The translations under genes and the position numbers were made by a program. The notes beneath the pieces were generated by a model, which saw nothing but the letters and a program-made list of their open reading frames with translations, was not told where the DNA came from and ran no database searches. From Chrysomallon squamiferum (taxonomy: Eukaryota; Animalia; Mollusca): 64,000 nt of DNA. The stretch is taken from assembly GCA_012295275.1 (NCBI GenBank), contig CM022675.1:1-64000 (forward strand). Direction: 5' to 3'. Positions within the stretch are counted from its first letter, which is position 1, and every line of letters starts with the position of its first letter. Shown here piece by piece: positions 41,163-64,000 of this stretch.

Positions 41163-42491
41163 GTTTCCTTACCGTTTCATCCAGATGAAAATCAAGATAG
41201 ATGTTACCATAACAACAATAACAGCAACAACACTGCCGCCAATCAAAGCTAAAAATAAACAAGTTATAAATATTGTTACATCTGTTTATTTACCTACATC
41301 TCAGCTTGTTACAAAACTTTTAACATCATTTATCCATAACTGAACAGTTTAATTTAAAATTAAGGAAACAGACCATTTGTGATCTTTGTTTAAAAACTAA
41401 ACAAGCCGCCAGAAAGGAAAAACACTGACAAGAAAAAAAATAATTAAAATAATAATGATAATTAGTAATCATAATATTAATTATAAAATTTTTAAGAAAA
41501 GAAAAAAAAAAAAGAAGAAGAAGTAACTAAATAAAATAAAATAAAATAAAATGAAGGACAAAAAAAAAAAAAAGAAAGCAAATATTAAAAAAAGAAAATA
41601 TTTAGATTACCTGCATTGTTCTTGGATTGGTTCGTCTGTTGTTTTCGTCCTTTTTCAAACAAAATTGACGTCAGAAAGTTAAATTGTGTTGTTGTGAGGT
41701 CCACTGTTTCTTTTGTTGTCGTTGCCGTTGTCATCGTCGTGTTAAGTGCTAGTAGTTTCGTCGTTGGAACTGATGTTGTAGTTGTTTTATCTGTTAATAA
41801 AAGTTACATGTTTTTAACATAAAATCTTTATAGTGAAATGTATCGTCTTTATCATTATTATCTACATTATCAACACCATCATATTTGTTATCAAATACCA
41901 CTATAATTATTTTTAATTTATGATCAAAATGTGTCTATGTATTTCGTTTCTGATTGTTTCAAAATTACTACTACTACTACTACTACTACTAATACTAATA
42001 CTACGACTGTTAATTTCTCTTAAAAATAATACATGTAAGAAATACCAGAGACAGACAATAATATTTCTGTAATCGAAGTTTACTTTTCACTGAAAATATT
42101 CTTTTTATACGTTAAAAACATTAATTTATAAATATTAATTGATATTACATTCGCATGGATGTTTGAGTATATTGCTATATGTGTATGTTTGTGTACATAT
42201 TGTGCATCTAGTATATTTTGCATGTATTTATTTATCTAACCACGTATCTGTGATTCTGTAAGTCGGTGTACTGCTTTCTAAAATAGTTTCTTCATTTTAG
42301 TCAAAAACTGAGACGCACACGCACACGGACACACACAGACACACACACACACTACTCACAAAGTTGACACACAGCAGAACATTTTGTCGAAGACTTTTTA
42401 GGAATGTTGTAACGTATGTTTCTCCGCCATGTAATACTTTGATGAGATGTTCTGTAACTGTTGGAAGGATTTGTAACAAGGATTCCTTAAG

Positions 42492-42540
<49 letters not shown>

Positions 42541-44417
42541 AAAGAGAGAATAAAATCTTTTCATTAATAAGGTGAAATATTTGTAATGTAGCGTCATCAT
42601 ACATCACTATATAATCGTGTATATAGTAAGGGATGTTAGTAGATAGATAAATAGTTGGACAACAGAGAGATAGATGTTTTCTACATGTCTCTAAGAATGT
42701 AGGTATTTCTGTGTATTTGTGTATTTCATATGTGGCTGAACATTTAGCCAATGAACAAGTGATCAGGAAATACATATTTATGTATGTTTGTATATATTTA
42801 TGTTCGTATTTATGTATGCTTGTATATATGTATGCTTGTATATATGCATTTTTGTATATATGTATGTTTGTATATGTGCATTTTTGTATATATGTATGTT
42901 TGTATATATTTATGTTTGTATTTATATATGTTTGTATATATGTATGTTTGTATTTATGTATGTTTGTATTTATGCATGTTTGTATGTTTTCTGTGTCTGT
43001 TCATCTGAGTTCTCTTACCATCAATCCATCTCCATTCAATGTTTCGTTTCAGTCCAATCCAATATTTTTGCCATACTTTGTAATTAGTAATCAGCGTTTT
43101 CAGTTCTGACTCTGCTGTGTCTGTCAGTTTTGACAAATTTCCACCACACTGTACTCTAGCTTCATTCCAGTTTAAATATTGTGTCAAAATACATACCTCA
43201 CTTCTGCACGTACTTGTCACATGAATAAAACTATTTTCTGAAACGTAGAACAAACGTCAGTAAAATTACTCTATTGATTTAAACATCTCTTCTTTTTACT
43301 GTTTGTTGTTGTTGTTGTGTTGTTGTTTTTTTCATCAATGTTAGCATTTTTCAATATTACTTACATGCATACAAATGCAAACACATAGAGATAAAATTAA
43401 TGCACAAATGCATGTGGTGTCATAACGGAAGGAAATAAAGAACAGAAGGAAAGAAGAAAGAAACGAATGAACAAACAAACAAACATACACAAATATATAA
43501 ACAAACAAATAAACCACATACTTGGACAAACAGCTGACGTCCACTGTGTATTACAGTTTGCAAATTGAAGGGTGATTTTGTTGTTTTCATATTTGACGTA
43601 GCCGCAGTTGCTGTTTTTACTTGTTCTGCTTTTTATATCTACAGAAACAGGCAGATCTGAAATAAAATATTTCTTTAATATAAAAACAGTGTCTGTGTGA
43701 TACTACTACTATTTCATCTTCTTCTTTTTACAACTACTACCACTACTGATGCCACCTACAGCTTGTATTATTTCTTCTCCATCTGTTACATCATCTAGAG
43801 CAACAACTGATACATTTACTGTTACTATTACTACTATACTGTTAGTTCTACAAACATTACTACTACTTCTGCTATTTGTGCTGCTTCTAATATTATTATT
43901 CAACTCCTGCTACTCTTTCTACTGCTACTATTATTGCTACTGGTACTACTTCTGCTACTACTACTACTATTATTGCTACTGCTACTACTTCTGCTAATAA
44001 TACTACTATTATTGCTACTGGTACTACTTCTGCTAATACATCCTCCTGCTGCTGCTACTACTATTTTCTACTACTTCTACTTCTTGTCAACGTCTACTGA
44101 AGTTCCTAATTACAACAACAGCTACTACTATTGCTTTTCTACTACTACTGTTACTATTACAAATGTTACTTTTTGTGATCCAATAAGAAAATAAAATATA
44201 TAAAAATAAGGCCTCAAAGATCTCACACTTCTACTACCTGTATATTATCAAAAATAAAATTTTTACCTAATTCATAAACAGAAACAAACGTCCACTTTTC
44301 ACAGGAACTCGTCATGGGTCCCAGGACAGCGTATACTTTGTTTACTTTTTTGAATGTTGTATCTTTCTTAGAGTTTGTTTTATGTTGTGGAAGACTGGTG
44401 AAACATTTTCTTCTTCC
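40283..44417 (-). pseudogene. Receptor paralog 2: exons 4-10 only, with frameshifts
   Basis: Exons 44417-44267 (indels; CFC changed to CFT), 43656-43522, 43237-43019, 42485-42360, 41790-41611, 41248-41173 (TM) and 40884-40283 (tail with two deletions and a +1 frameshift at ~40505). Exons 1-3 are not seen and may lie in the gap. Confidence 0.75.
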
Positions 44418-44629
44418 CTAAAATATAACATTAGGTAACTGAACTTTAGTTTTTGTAATTTTATAACTTTTTACTTATAGATAGAGAGAAGTACAAACAG
44501 ACAGATAGATAAACAGATAAGCTGGTACACTGACAGATAACATAGATGGGGTACAGAGAGAGAGAAAATGATAACTATCCACACACACACACACACACAA
44601 ACACAAACACACAGACACATACACACACA

Positions 44630-44661
<32 letters not shown>

Positions 44662-44912
44662 TACAAACACACACACACACAACCACACACACACACACAC
44701 AGACACACACACATAAACATACACACACACACAAAAACACACACACACACACTCTTCACATACATACACACACCCACATACACACACAGACACACACTCA
44801 CATACATACACACACTCACATACACACAGACACACACACTCACATACACACACACACATACATACACACACTCACATACACACAGACACACACACTCACA
44901 TACACACACACA

Positions 44913-45112
44913 NNNNNNNNNNNNNNNNNNNNNNNNNNNNNNNNNNNNNNNNNNNNNNNNNNNNNNNNNNNNNNNNNNNNNNNNNNNNNNNNNNNNNNNN
45001 NNNNNNNNNNNNNNNNNNNNNNNNNNNNNNNNNNNNNNNNNNNNNNNNNNNNNNNNNNNNNNNNNNNNNNNNNNNNNNNNNNNNNNNNNNNNNNNNNNNN
45101 NNNNNNNNNNNN
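44913..45112. other. Assembly gap (200 N)
   Basis: Run of exactly 200 N. Confidence 1.
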
Positions 45113-46118
45113 CTGTCATCAGATTGAGTCTCCTTGATACAACATTAGAAAACAGTTTATACAAAACCAGAACAATTAATTATAGTAAAACGTTTAAAAA
45201 ATAATAAGAACAGACAGATTATTGGCAGATCCGAAACCCAAAACAAAATAAGTGCCGCCAAATACAGAATTCAAAATGCATTGGGGACAAGTTGTATCGG
45301 GTGCGGGGTATCTTGGGTACAAGTTGTTTAGAATTATATGTGTGTCTGTGTATTAGCTATAATTACATAAATTCAGGCTAATTAAACATGTTGATTTTAT
45401 TGAACAGTAAATAATGTAGCGTATGGTGGCAAGGTATTAATGTTTACGTATGTCTTGAAAAGTCAAATAATCCCAAACTATGTTTTCACGAACTTTCAAC
45501 AAGTTACTGGACAAGTTCGCTCTTTCTTCCAGATAACTTTGCATTAAGTTATTTTAGCCACGTTATTGTCTGTTCTCCATACTATGTGACATCCAGGTCT
45601 TTGTTTAAAGTAGAGTAAATAATAAAGTCTTGTTTCTTGTGATTAAAAACATCGACATAATCGAAGTAATGAATTCCTTTATAAAAAGTTTTTTTTCAAA
45701 TTATTTTAAAAAATTATAAAGAATTTAACGATAATAAAGCATTGATTTTGTCCTAGATACAATTTATTATTATGTATATGCATTAACAATAGCTGCTATA
45801 GCTTCTGCAACTACTACTGCTATTACTACTACTACTACTACTACTACTACTACAACTACAACTTACACTACTGTTGCTGCTGCGGCTACTACATCAACTG
45901 CTGCAACTAGTGCAACTATTATTATCATTATTATTATTACTACTACTAGCACTACTACTACCACTATCACTATTACTATTAATATGATTTTATTATTATT
46001 ATCATCATCATCCTCATCATCATTATTACACATTGATAGGACAGCAGAAACGTTTTCAATGACTAGCAGAAGCAGTATTTTATTTGTTCCTTTCCATAAA
46101 TAAATAATCGACCTTTGT

Positions 46119-46158
<40 letters not shown>

Positions 46159-46321
46159 ACAAGGATATATTTAAGAATTAATATGTCAGTTTTCACAAAA
46201 AAAATTAAACAAACACAAGTGGAACGAAAGATCGACCTCTGGATGAAACGAATAATAACACGTATAAAGCCATCTGGTTTTCTTAATTATTTTTTTATTT
46301 GTTTAAGTTGCCATAGCAAAT

Positions 46322-46413
<92 letters not shown>

Positions 46414-46477
46414 GCACACACACACACGAATACACATACACTATAATTTATTCAGTTTTCTATTGTGTCTTCTACTC

Positions 46478-46592
46478 CATTTTGCCGTAGGCTTTGTCAT
46501 GCGCGAGTTTATTTAAAGCAAGTTTTATATTTATGACACAGATACACTACACTGTTTTTAACTAAGTCAACAAGGGAAGGAAAAACCTGTCA
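46478..46592 (+). promoter_or_regulatory. Conserved upstream block of receptor paralog 3
   Basis: Same block as 36985-37115 (inverted) and 55226-55340. Confidence 0.55.
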
Positions 46593-46658
46593 TGCGATCT
46601 TCTTCCTGATCCAGCTTTTTTGTACTCAGTAGTTATTTAACATCTCGAAGAATCCGCC

Positions 46659-54320
<7,662 letters not shown>

Positions 54321-54966
54321 TATTTATAAATTAATTTTTTGAATTCTTAGAAATCACAATATAATGATATCAACCAATTATCTTCACTCTACTAATTCCA
54401 CATCAAATAACAAAACAAATCAGTAAAATATTTGATGCAGCTTATTTTAAATTTAATTGTTTGTAAATATATATCCTGTCTATGCCATTTTCCTGCAAGA
54501 AATTATTTTCATTGTTTATTCTCAAAAAATATTATCATTTGACGTGTTGATTAAAAAATATTTGACATCTGAACATTTTATTTTGATACTAAAATTATAT
54601 ATTAACTATTTAATTTAATATTATGCTTTGTTCAATTATATAATGAACCAGATCTTAAAACATTTGTATTTTTATTATGTTAATTTATTTTTGATTTTTA
54701 TAAACTATTATTATTTTTATTACTATTATTATTAGTATTATTATTATAAGTATTAGTAGTAGTAGTACTAGTAGTAGTAGTATATAGATGCTACTGAGAA
54801 ATTATATTAAATTGTGTGAAAACCATAACATTTAGAATAATAAAACGTTTTCCGTTTCTTGGGGGTTTGTTTTCGTATTTTTAATTAATAAAGAAAAGAA
54901 GAATAAAAGCTTGTATCTAGAGAAACTGTCATAAATGTAGTATCTTTCAAATAATAGATACCTTTT

Positions 54967-55048
<82 letters not shown>

Positions 55049-55225
55049 CAGGAAATGTGTTCGTTCATTTTCTTTCTGTCTGTCTCTCTCTGTTTTTAAT
55101 CTCTCTGTCTCTCTCTCTGTTTTTATATCTCTATCTCTCTCTCACGCATACACACATGCACGCACGCACGCACGAACAGACGCACATACTATATTTTATT
55201 CACTTTTCTATTGGGTCTTGTACTC

Positions 55226-55340
55226 TATTTTGCCGTAGGCTTTGTCGTGCGCGAGTTTATCTAAAACAAGTTTTATTTTTATCACACAAATACACTACAC
55301 TGTTCTGTAACTAAGTAAACAAGGGAAGGTAAAACCTGTT
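55226..55340 (+). promoter_or_regulatory. Conserved upstream block of receptor paralog 4
   Basis: Same block as upstream of paralogs 1 and 3. Confidence 0.55.
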
Positions 55341-55413
55341 ATCATCTAACAGCTATCTTTTACTCTGTTATCTTCTTCCTGGTCCAAGTCAGATGTTCAT
55401 TGTACAATCCGCC

Positions 55414-56849
55414 ATGTTGTCTGCAGTTGTGAATATTTTTATTATTTTCTTCTTGTGTGTGTCTACCCAGTCAGAAATACTAAGTAAGTAGATTTTACAT
55501 TAGTTGTTAAAATCAAGTAATTTTTATATGTGTGTGTGTGTCTGTCAGATATAACACATATTAATCAAAAGCAGGAAAAGAACTAAATAGACTGACGTAT
55601 TTTTAAGTTAATACTAAGCTAAATATATGTAATCTGCCTCTGTATCTCTCTCTGTGTCTTTATCTGTCTTTCTATCTCAGTCTCTGTCTCTATCTTTATC
55701 TATGTCCCTTTCTCTGTCTTTGCCTCTCTGCACTGGATACACATACCTTCGCTCACACTCTCAGTCACACTCATGCACACAGATCCACACACATATACAC
55801 ACACACACACTTATACACACACGCGCGCACACACATACACAAAACTTTTTTTGTTCACTTGTCACAGGCTATGGGTGAAAAGATATGAGGCTTATAACGG
55901 TATAAATTTATTTAAAAGAAATTATTAAAAAAAATGAAAAATGAAAAATAAAATAAAATAATTAATAATAACAAATAAAATATATATCACATTAAGAAGA
56001 ACAAAAAAGAAAGAATCAAAGAAAGAAAGGAAACACATTTAACTGATGATTCTTTTAAAATGAGAAGATACTATATTAGATCAAACCATAAACTTGAGGT
56101 GCAAAAAAGGATCTATAATTATTGAAATATGATTTTTTGTCTCTGTTTTCCTTCCTTTTTATATTTTTTTAATATTTTATTTTTTGTTTTTTATTTATCT
56201 TTTATTTATTTTATTTATTTGAGCACATTATTAATAAGTAATAAAAATTAATTATGTTTAATAAATAAATAAATAAATAACAACAACAACAACAATTATT
56301 ATAATGATTGTGATGATAATAATTTAAAAAACAACATCTATTTAACATATAATTAACTGACTATATCGAATTTATAAAATCTCTGTGACTTTACGTTCAA
56401 CATACAACACTCTATTTACTCCAGTAAAATCAAACTGAAAATGTTTAATGTATAACAAAGTATAACAAAGTTTTGATGCCAATTTATCGATCTTGACAAT
56501 ACCTAATTGTTATAATATCCTAATTGTTATAATACTCTAAATGTTTTTGCTCAGTATATTTTTCAATACGTAGGTCCCTGGAGTGACGTGTCTGGTGACG
56601 CCATGACAGACAGTTACGTCATACTGAATGAGGCCCAGTCGTGGTGGTCTGCTGTTTATTCTGGCTGTCAGTCAAAAGGAGGAAGACTTGTTACACACTC
56701 TAAATCTCTGTCTAATGTCTGGAAAATAATGGAACCTAACAAATTTTACTGGGTTGGTGCTTCAGAAACTTACACTCCTTGGATATGGACGGGTATATTA
56801 ATATACTAGATTAATTATTTGTGTCTGTGTGTGTGTGTGTATGTATGTT

Positions 56850-56898
<49 letters not shown>

Positions 56899-57470
56899 TT
56901 TTTCACTACACATTTTAATAGGTTTGTTCTAAAATTAAATGTATATAATATAAATTTATATTTATTTATTTATTTGTTTGTTTGTTGTTGTTGTTGTTGT
57001 TGTTGTTATTATTATTATCATTAATAGTAGTAGTAGTAATAGTAGTAGTAGTGGTGATAGTAGTAACATTTTTTTTATATTATCATCATCTCTTTTTTTA
57101 TTATTATTCTTATTATTATTATTTTATGTTTTCAGAAACAAATGAAACCCTGTTTAAATTTGTTGAAGATATAGCGGTGTCACAAACTGTGTTAAACAGT
57201 CATGTTACTATTGATGACAACAGTGTGTTTAAATGTTTCCAGAGGTGTAACAGTAATGACACAACAAAGAGAAAATTTGGTTTACAGGTGATTCTTTTTA
57301 CTGTTCTATAAATTATGTAGTGCAATGCTGAACAGAAAACATAGACACAGAAATCTGAATTCAAAATGTACATGTACAGATATATAAACAAACAAGCAAA
57401 ATGTACAAATCTTAAAACAGAGATTAGAACCTACTGATTAATGTTCACAAGAAAATGAACAAACACATTT

Positions 57471-57556
<86 letters not shown>

Positions 57557-58749
57557 TCTCACACACACACACACATACACACACAAACACGCACTATTTT
57601 TCTCTTTCACTCTGTTTCCTTCTGTTTCTATTTGTGTATCTGCATATGAGTATCTATCTATATCTCTCTCTCTCTATATATATATACCTAACTTTCTTCT
57701 CTCTTTGTACCTATCTATTTATCCGTGTGCAACCTAGTTACCAACGTTTAACTTTCATATCTGTTTATACCTAGCTGTCTCACTTTGCTTTTCTCTCTAT
57801 CTATAGTAAAAAAGTTATAATAAAATTACAAAAAATCAAGTTCAGTTACATACTGTCGTATTGCAGGGAAGAAAATGTTTCTGCAGTCTTCCACAACATA
57901 AAACAAACTCTAAGAAAGATACAACATTCAAGAAAGTAAACAAAGTACGCTGTCCTGGGACCTATGACGAGTTCTGTGGTGGTGCGGACGTTGTTTCTGT
58001 TTATGAATTGGGTAAGAATTTTATTTTGATAATATACAGGTAGTAGAAGTGTAAGGTTTTTATCTCTTTTTTTAACTTTCTTTCTTTCTTATCGGATTCG
58101 GAAAGTTGTATTGGTAGTAGCTGTTGTAATCAGTATTCAGTAGAAGTGGTAGTCATAGTAGTAATAACAGTAATAGTAGCAGCAGTACTAGTTGTAGTAG
58201 CAGCAGTACTAGTTGTAGTAGCAGCAGTATTAGTTGTAGTAGCAGCAGTACTAGTTGTAGTAGCGGCAGTACTAGTTGTAGTAGCAGCAGTACTAGTTGT
58301 AGTATCAGCAGTACTAGTTGTAGTAGCAGCAGTATTAGTTGTAGTAGCAGCAGTAATAGTTGTAGTAGCGGCAGTACTAGTTGTAGTAGCAGCAGTACTA
58401 GTTGTAGTATCAGCAGTACTAGTTGTAGTAGCAGCAGTATTAGTTGTAGTAGCAGCAGTGATGTAAGTAATAGTATTTGAAACAGCATAAACAGTAGTAG
58501 TAATAGTAGAGGTAATGTTTGTAATGTTGTAGAACTAATAGTACTAGTAGTAGTAATACTAACAGTAAACGTTGTAGTAGTTGTTGCTGTAGATATTGAT
58601 GTACAAACGGAGCAGAAGTAATACTAGCTGACATTTGTAATGGTAGCAGCAACAGAAATAATAGTAGTTGTGATGGTAGTAATAGTTGTAGATGAAGAAG
58701 ACGAAGAAGAAGCAGTAGTAATAGCTGTTGCAGTGGTAGTGGTAGGAGC

Positions 58750-58801
<52 letters not shown>

Positions 58802-59865
58802 CTAGTAGTAGTAGTAGTATCATACAGACATTGTTTTTATATTAAAGAAATATTTTATTTCAGATCTGCCTGTTTCTGTAGATATAAAAAGCAGAACAAG
58901 TAAAAACAGCAACTGCGGCTACGTCAGATATGAAAACAACAAAATCACCCTTCAGTTTGCAGACTGCTATAACGTATGGCAGTTTAGTGTTTGTCCAAGT
59001 ATGTTGTTTGTTTATTCTTTTATTTAATTATTTTTATTATTTGATTGTATTTATGTTTGTTTGTTTCCGTTTTGACACCGCATGAATTTTGTCTCTATGT
59101 GTTTGCATCTGTAAGCGTTTGACTAATATTATGTTTGTTATTGCAAAATGCTGACATCAGTTAAGTTTAAAAAGAGCAATCAAACGCAGATTTTTTTCAA
59201 TCCGTAGAATAATTCCACTGAATTGTTTGTCTACGTTTCAGAAAATAGTTTTATTTATATGACAAGTATGTGCAGAAATGCGGTATGTATTCTGAAGAAA
59301 CGGTTTAAATGGAGTGAAGCTAATATAAACTGTGGTGCAAATTTGTCAAAACTGACAGACACAGCAGTTCCAGAAATTAAAAAGCTGATTAGAAATTACA
59401 AACGGTGGCAAAGTTATTGGATTGGACTCAAGAGAAATATTGAATGGAGGTGGATTGATGGTAAGAGTCTTCAGATAGACAGATTCAGACACACATACAA
59501 ACATACATATATACGCACATCACAAATACAAACATACATATATACGCATATATATAAATAGGTCTTTCTCTGTCACTGAGTGGGCAAACTTTTAGCAGTC
59601 GAACATTTCAGTGATAAACATTTAACCGAACGGACTTACAGACGAATAGACACTAACCGAATGGACAAATGAACGAGCTGACAAATAGTTTGTCATGTAA
59701 AACAAGGAGGATTTAAAATGTATTACTTTACTATTAATATCGTTTATTGCAAATGATGTGCATTAATTACTTTTTTATCATGTAATTATGTTATATTTGT
59801 CCTTTTTTAGTTTGTTTTATAAAGCAATTACATTGCATGAAAGAAATAAAAACATCAACGACAGC

Positions 59866-59901
<36 letters not shown>

Positions 59902-62594
59902 AATAATAATAGTAATAATAATAACAAATTGATGAGAAGAGATAAAAATTAAGAATGCAAATATTTATGTCCATTCGGCCAAATGTCCGTTCTGTTAATA
60001 GTTCGTTGTCCGAATGTCCGGCCATATACAAACAAACAAACACACAGAAAAACGTACACACTTAGAGACACTTAGAAACTCTGTCTACCTTTCTCTCTTA
60101 TATTACTGTCTATCTATCGACTAACATCCCTTATTATAAACCTGATTATATAATTATGTATGATGACACTGCCTTTCTAATGAACATATTTTCATTATTC
60201 TTATTTTTTTTTTTTTTTTTTTGCTTATTTGTTAAAGGAAGCCTTGTAACAGATCCTCCCAGCAGTTATGTAAGAACTCATCAAAGTATTACATGGTCTA
60301 AAAACATCAATTACTACATTCCTAAAGAATCATCGACGAAATTTTCTGCTGTCTGTCAACTTTGTGAGTAGTGTGTGTGAATGCGTGTGCGTGTATGTAT
60401 GCTGTCAGCTTTTGATTAAAAAGAAAAAAAACTTTATAGAAAGTAGTACACAGACATACAGAATCACAGAAACATGGTCCGATATATAATATACTAGACA
60501 CACTAACAGACATATACAGCAATATACTCACAGACCCATGCGAATGTAATATCAGTTAATTTCTTTAATGTTATATTTTTAACGTATAAAAAGAATATTT
60601 TCGGTGAAAAGTAAACTTCGATAACAGAACAAATCTTTCAGAAATATTATTGTCTGTCTCTGGTACACATATATTATTTTAAAATGAAATTAGCAGTAGT
60701 AGTAGTAGTAATTTTGAAACAATCGGAAACGAAACACATAGACACATTTTGATCTTAAATCAAAAAATAATTATAGTGGTTATTTGATAAGAAATAAGAT
60801 GATGCTGATAATGCAGATAATAATGACAAAGACGATACATTTCACTATAAACATTTTCTGTTAAAAAATCATGTAACTTTTATTATCAGATAAAACAACT
60901 ACTACATCAGTTCCAACGACAACAAAAGAATCAAACTACTAACACAAAACAGGACGGAAACAACAACGACAACGACAACAAAAGAAACAGTGGACTTCAC
61001 AACAACACAATTTAACTTTCTGACGACGGAAACAACGACGACAACGACAACAAAAGAAAGAATGGACTTCACAACAACACAATTTAATTTTCTGACGACA
61101 ACGTTGTTTGAAAAAGGACGAAAACAAAAGACGAACCAATCGAAGAACAACGCAGGTCTTTTGATTATTTTCATTATTTTAATATTTGCTTTGTTTTCAT
61201 TTTGTCTTTTATTTATTATTTATTTATTTCTTCTTCATTTCTTTTCTTTCTTTTTAAATCTTATTATTAATATTATGATTACTAATTATTATTATCATTT
61301 CTAATTTTCTTCTTATTTTTTTTTTTTTTTTTTTTTTTTTGTCAATGTTTTTCTTTTCTGACAGCTTGTTTTCTTTTTAAAGAACGATCACAAATGGTCT
61401 GTTTCCTTAATTTTAAATTAAGACTGTTGAATGCTGGATAAACGATGTTAAAAGTTTTGTAACAAGCTGAGAGGTAGGTAAATAAACAGATGTAACAATA
61501 TTTATAACTTGTTTATTTTTAGCTTTGATTGGCGGCAGTGTTGTTGCTGTTATTGTTGTTATGGTAACATCTGTCTTGATTTTCATCTGGATGAAACGGT
61601 AAGGAAATATTATTTATTTATTTATTTATTTATTTATGTAATTCAATGTTATTCTACTGTATATTTGCTCTATAGTTATTTGCTAAACGGCTAAAATTGT
61701 AGAAAATGCAGATACTACTGAAATGTACTAAAATATATAAAAAACTTTTTTTTCAATTATCCCAAAATAAATAACCAGATAGTAAGTATATCTAAAATTA
61801 TTTTCAATTTTCATTCTATATTATGTTACAGAACAAAACGTTTTTGTTTCGCAAAAGAAAAAACACAACAGAACGTAAACAAAGGTCACATAAACAAAAG
61901 TTACAACGCTGAAACTGCAGACTATGAATTTGAACAACCTGTTAAAACGGGAATTAACAAAACCATGAACGAGAACCTGTCTAATGACGTAATAAGTTAC
62001 GTAAATTCTGACGTGACACGCGAAGCAGAAGATGACGACTATTACAGTAAAATTAACAAAGTTAAACAACAAAGAACGGTAACTCTACTTCAGACTGATA
62101 AACAGAGTTGTTCCCCTCTAACCACTGACAGCAGACAGAATATTTACGTGAATGTTAGTAATGATTCAGATTACGAAACAGCAGAAGCGATTCAAGAAAA
62201 TCGTCATGTTACTGAAGATAAACATAATGGTGGCGATTTCGACAAAACAGACGGGAAAAGAATGAAGACAAACACACCGAAGATGCACATTAACATCGCT
62301 GATGATGGAGTTTACGATACGACAGACACAAAAATACCGACAGCAACTTCATCGAATGTGTACCATCATCTTGGTAAACAAAACGTCGACGACTACGACA
62401 CAACAGAAGCCGTTGTTTCAAATTTCTGTGATTCCAGTTTATATAACCACACTGACGTAAATTCATCTCAGTATTCATTAAAAGCAGACGACATCAACTG
62501 TGAGAACGTAGATGAAGAACTGAATTTCTCTCAAAATGATGGAAATGTTTATTTCGTTCTGGAAGACGAAGATGCAGATGAAAATACAGATTAA
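55414..62594 (+). CDS. Receptor paralog 4 (10 exons; two single-base indels, so pseudogene or sequencing error)
   Basis: Exons 55414-55483, 56555-56792 (extra T in the T-run at ~56560), 57136-57287, 57867-58011, 58864-58998, 59242-59460, 60238-60363, 60890-61155 (266 nt; 1 nt missing near 60930, giving TAA at 60940-60942), 61523-61598 (TM) and 61832-62594 (tail). Confidence 0.72.
58172..58460. repeat. 21-bp minisatellite (GTAGCAGCAGTACTAGTTGTA)n, ~13 copies
   Basis: Direct inspection; lies in intron 4 of paralog 4. Confidence 0.9.
59598..60022. mobile_element. Possible MITE in intron 6 of paralog 4
   Basis: Left-end CCGAA(C/T)GGACA subrepeats are mirrored at the right end (TGTCCATTCGGCCAAATGTCCGTTC...TGTCCGAATGTCCGGCC). 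The homologous intron of paralogs 2 and 3 lacks this segment. Confidence 0.5.
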
Positions 62595-62986
62595 AATTTA
62601 TAAATTAATTTTTTGAATTCTTAGAAATCACAGCAATGTATAAAATGATATCGACCAATTATCTTCACTCTACTAATTCCACATCAAATAACAAAGCAAA
62701 TCAATAAAATATTTGATGCAGCTTATTTTAAATTTAATAGTTGGTAAATATATATCCTGTCTATGCCATTCTCCTGCAAGAAATTATTTTCATTGTTTAT
62801 TCTCAGAAAATATTATCATTTGACGTGTTGATTAAAAAATATTTGACATCTGAACATTTTATTTTGATACTAAAATTATATATTAACTATTTAACTTAAT
62901 ATTATGTTTTGTTCAATTTTATATTGAACTAAATCTTCAAACATTTCTATTTTTATTCTGTTAATTTATTTTTAATTTTTATATAC

Positions 62987-63026
<40 letters not shown>

Positions 63027-63213
63027 TAGATGCTACTGAGAAATTATATTAAATTGTGTGAAAAAATAAAATTTAGAATAATAAAACTTTTTCTGTTTTT
63101 CTTGTGGTTTTTTCATATTTTTAATTAATAAAGAAAAGAAAAAATGATTGTATCTAGAGAAATAAAGACACTGTCATAAATGTAATATTTTTCAAATAAT
63201 AGATACTTTTATA

Positions 63214-63313
<100 letters not shown>

Positions 63314-63490
63314 GTGTTTGTTTATTTTTATTTCTGTTGTTTATCTCTGTTTTAATCTCTCATCATCATCTATCATCTCTATTATCTTATTATTTTTTTC
63401 TTTATTATTTATTATTGTTACTCATTGTTCTCTCTTATTTATTTTTATTATCATTATTATATTATTATTAGTAGTATATTATTTATAATC

Positions 63491-63526
<36 letters not shown>

Positions 63527-63534
63527 TTTTTCAG

Positions 63535-63592
63535 AAACAAACGAAACCCTCTTTAAATTTGTTGAAGATATACCTGTGTCACAAACTGTGTT
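63535..63592 (+). pseudogene. Truncated exon-3 fragment of a fifth receptor copy
   Basis: TTTTTCAG|AAACAAACGAAACCCTCTTTAAATTTGTTGAAGATATACCTGTGTCACAAACTGTG encodes ETNETLFKFVEDIPVSQTV, matching 48218 onward, then breaks off. Confidence 0.8.
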
Positions 63593-63659
63593 CTGCGGGA
63601 AATCTTTGCACATTTATTTCTGTCTGTCTCTCTGTTTTCTCTCTCTCTCTCTCTGTTTC

Positions 63660-63750
<91 letters not shown>

Positions 63751-64000
63751 GTTTCTCTCTGTTTTTAATCTCTCTGTCTCTCTCTCTGTTTTTATCTATC
63801 TCATTATATCTTTCTCTCTCTCTCTCTCCATCTCTTTCTCTATCTTTGTTTCTCTCTGTTTTTAATCTCTCTATCTATCTCTCACACACACACTCAGAGC
63901 GAGGCACAGAGAGAGAAGGGAATAGTAGTAAAGTGTTTGTGCATTTTGTTCCATCTCTCTGTTTTTATATCTCTATCTAACTATCTCTTTCTCTCTTTCT

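Overview
AT-rich, microsatellite-dense animal genomic DNA with spliceosomal GT-AG introns. The gene content suggests a mollusc or other lophotrochozoan (inference). Two fixed 200-N scaffold gaps lie at 24256-24455 and 44913-45112. From left to right: (1) a decayed KRBA2/SCAND3-type integrase-element remnant; (2) an intact 5-exon secreted PAN/apple + fibrinogen-domain (FReD) gene on the minus strand, whose last codons seed a 40-bp tandem array; (3) a PAN + YWTD/LY-like pseudogene; (4) a full-length but frameshifted Ty3/Gypsy LTR retrotransposon with 189-bp LTRs, a CCGCC target-site duplication, a tRNA-Ser primer-binding site and a polypurine tract; (5) eleven EGF/cbEGF exons of a mucin-like or fibrillin-like gene with neither start nor end visible; (6) a cluster of four paralogous receptor genes (10-exon plan) plus a fifth fragment. 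The receptors read as signal peptide, a C-type-lectin-like domain split by an inserted WSC-like domain, a second lectin-like domain, a Thr-rich stalk of variable length, one TM helix and a long tyrosine-motif-rich tail. This cluster, with diversified ectodomains and near-identical tails, is the most interesting system in the window. All exon models were derived by hand from splice sites and reading frame and are not confirmed by transcripts.
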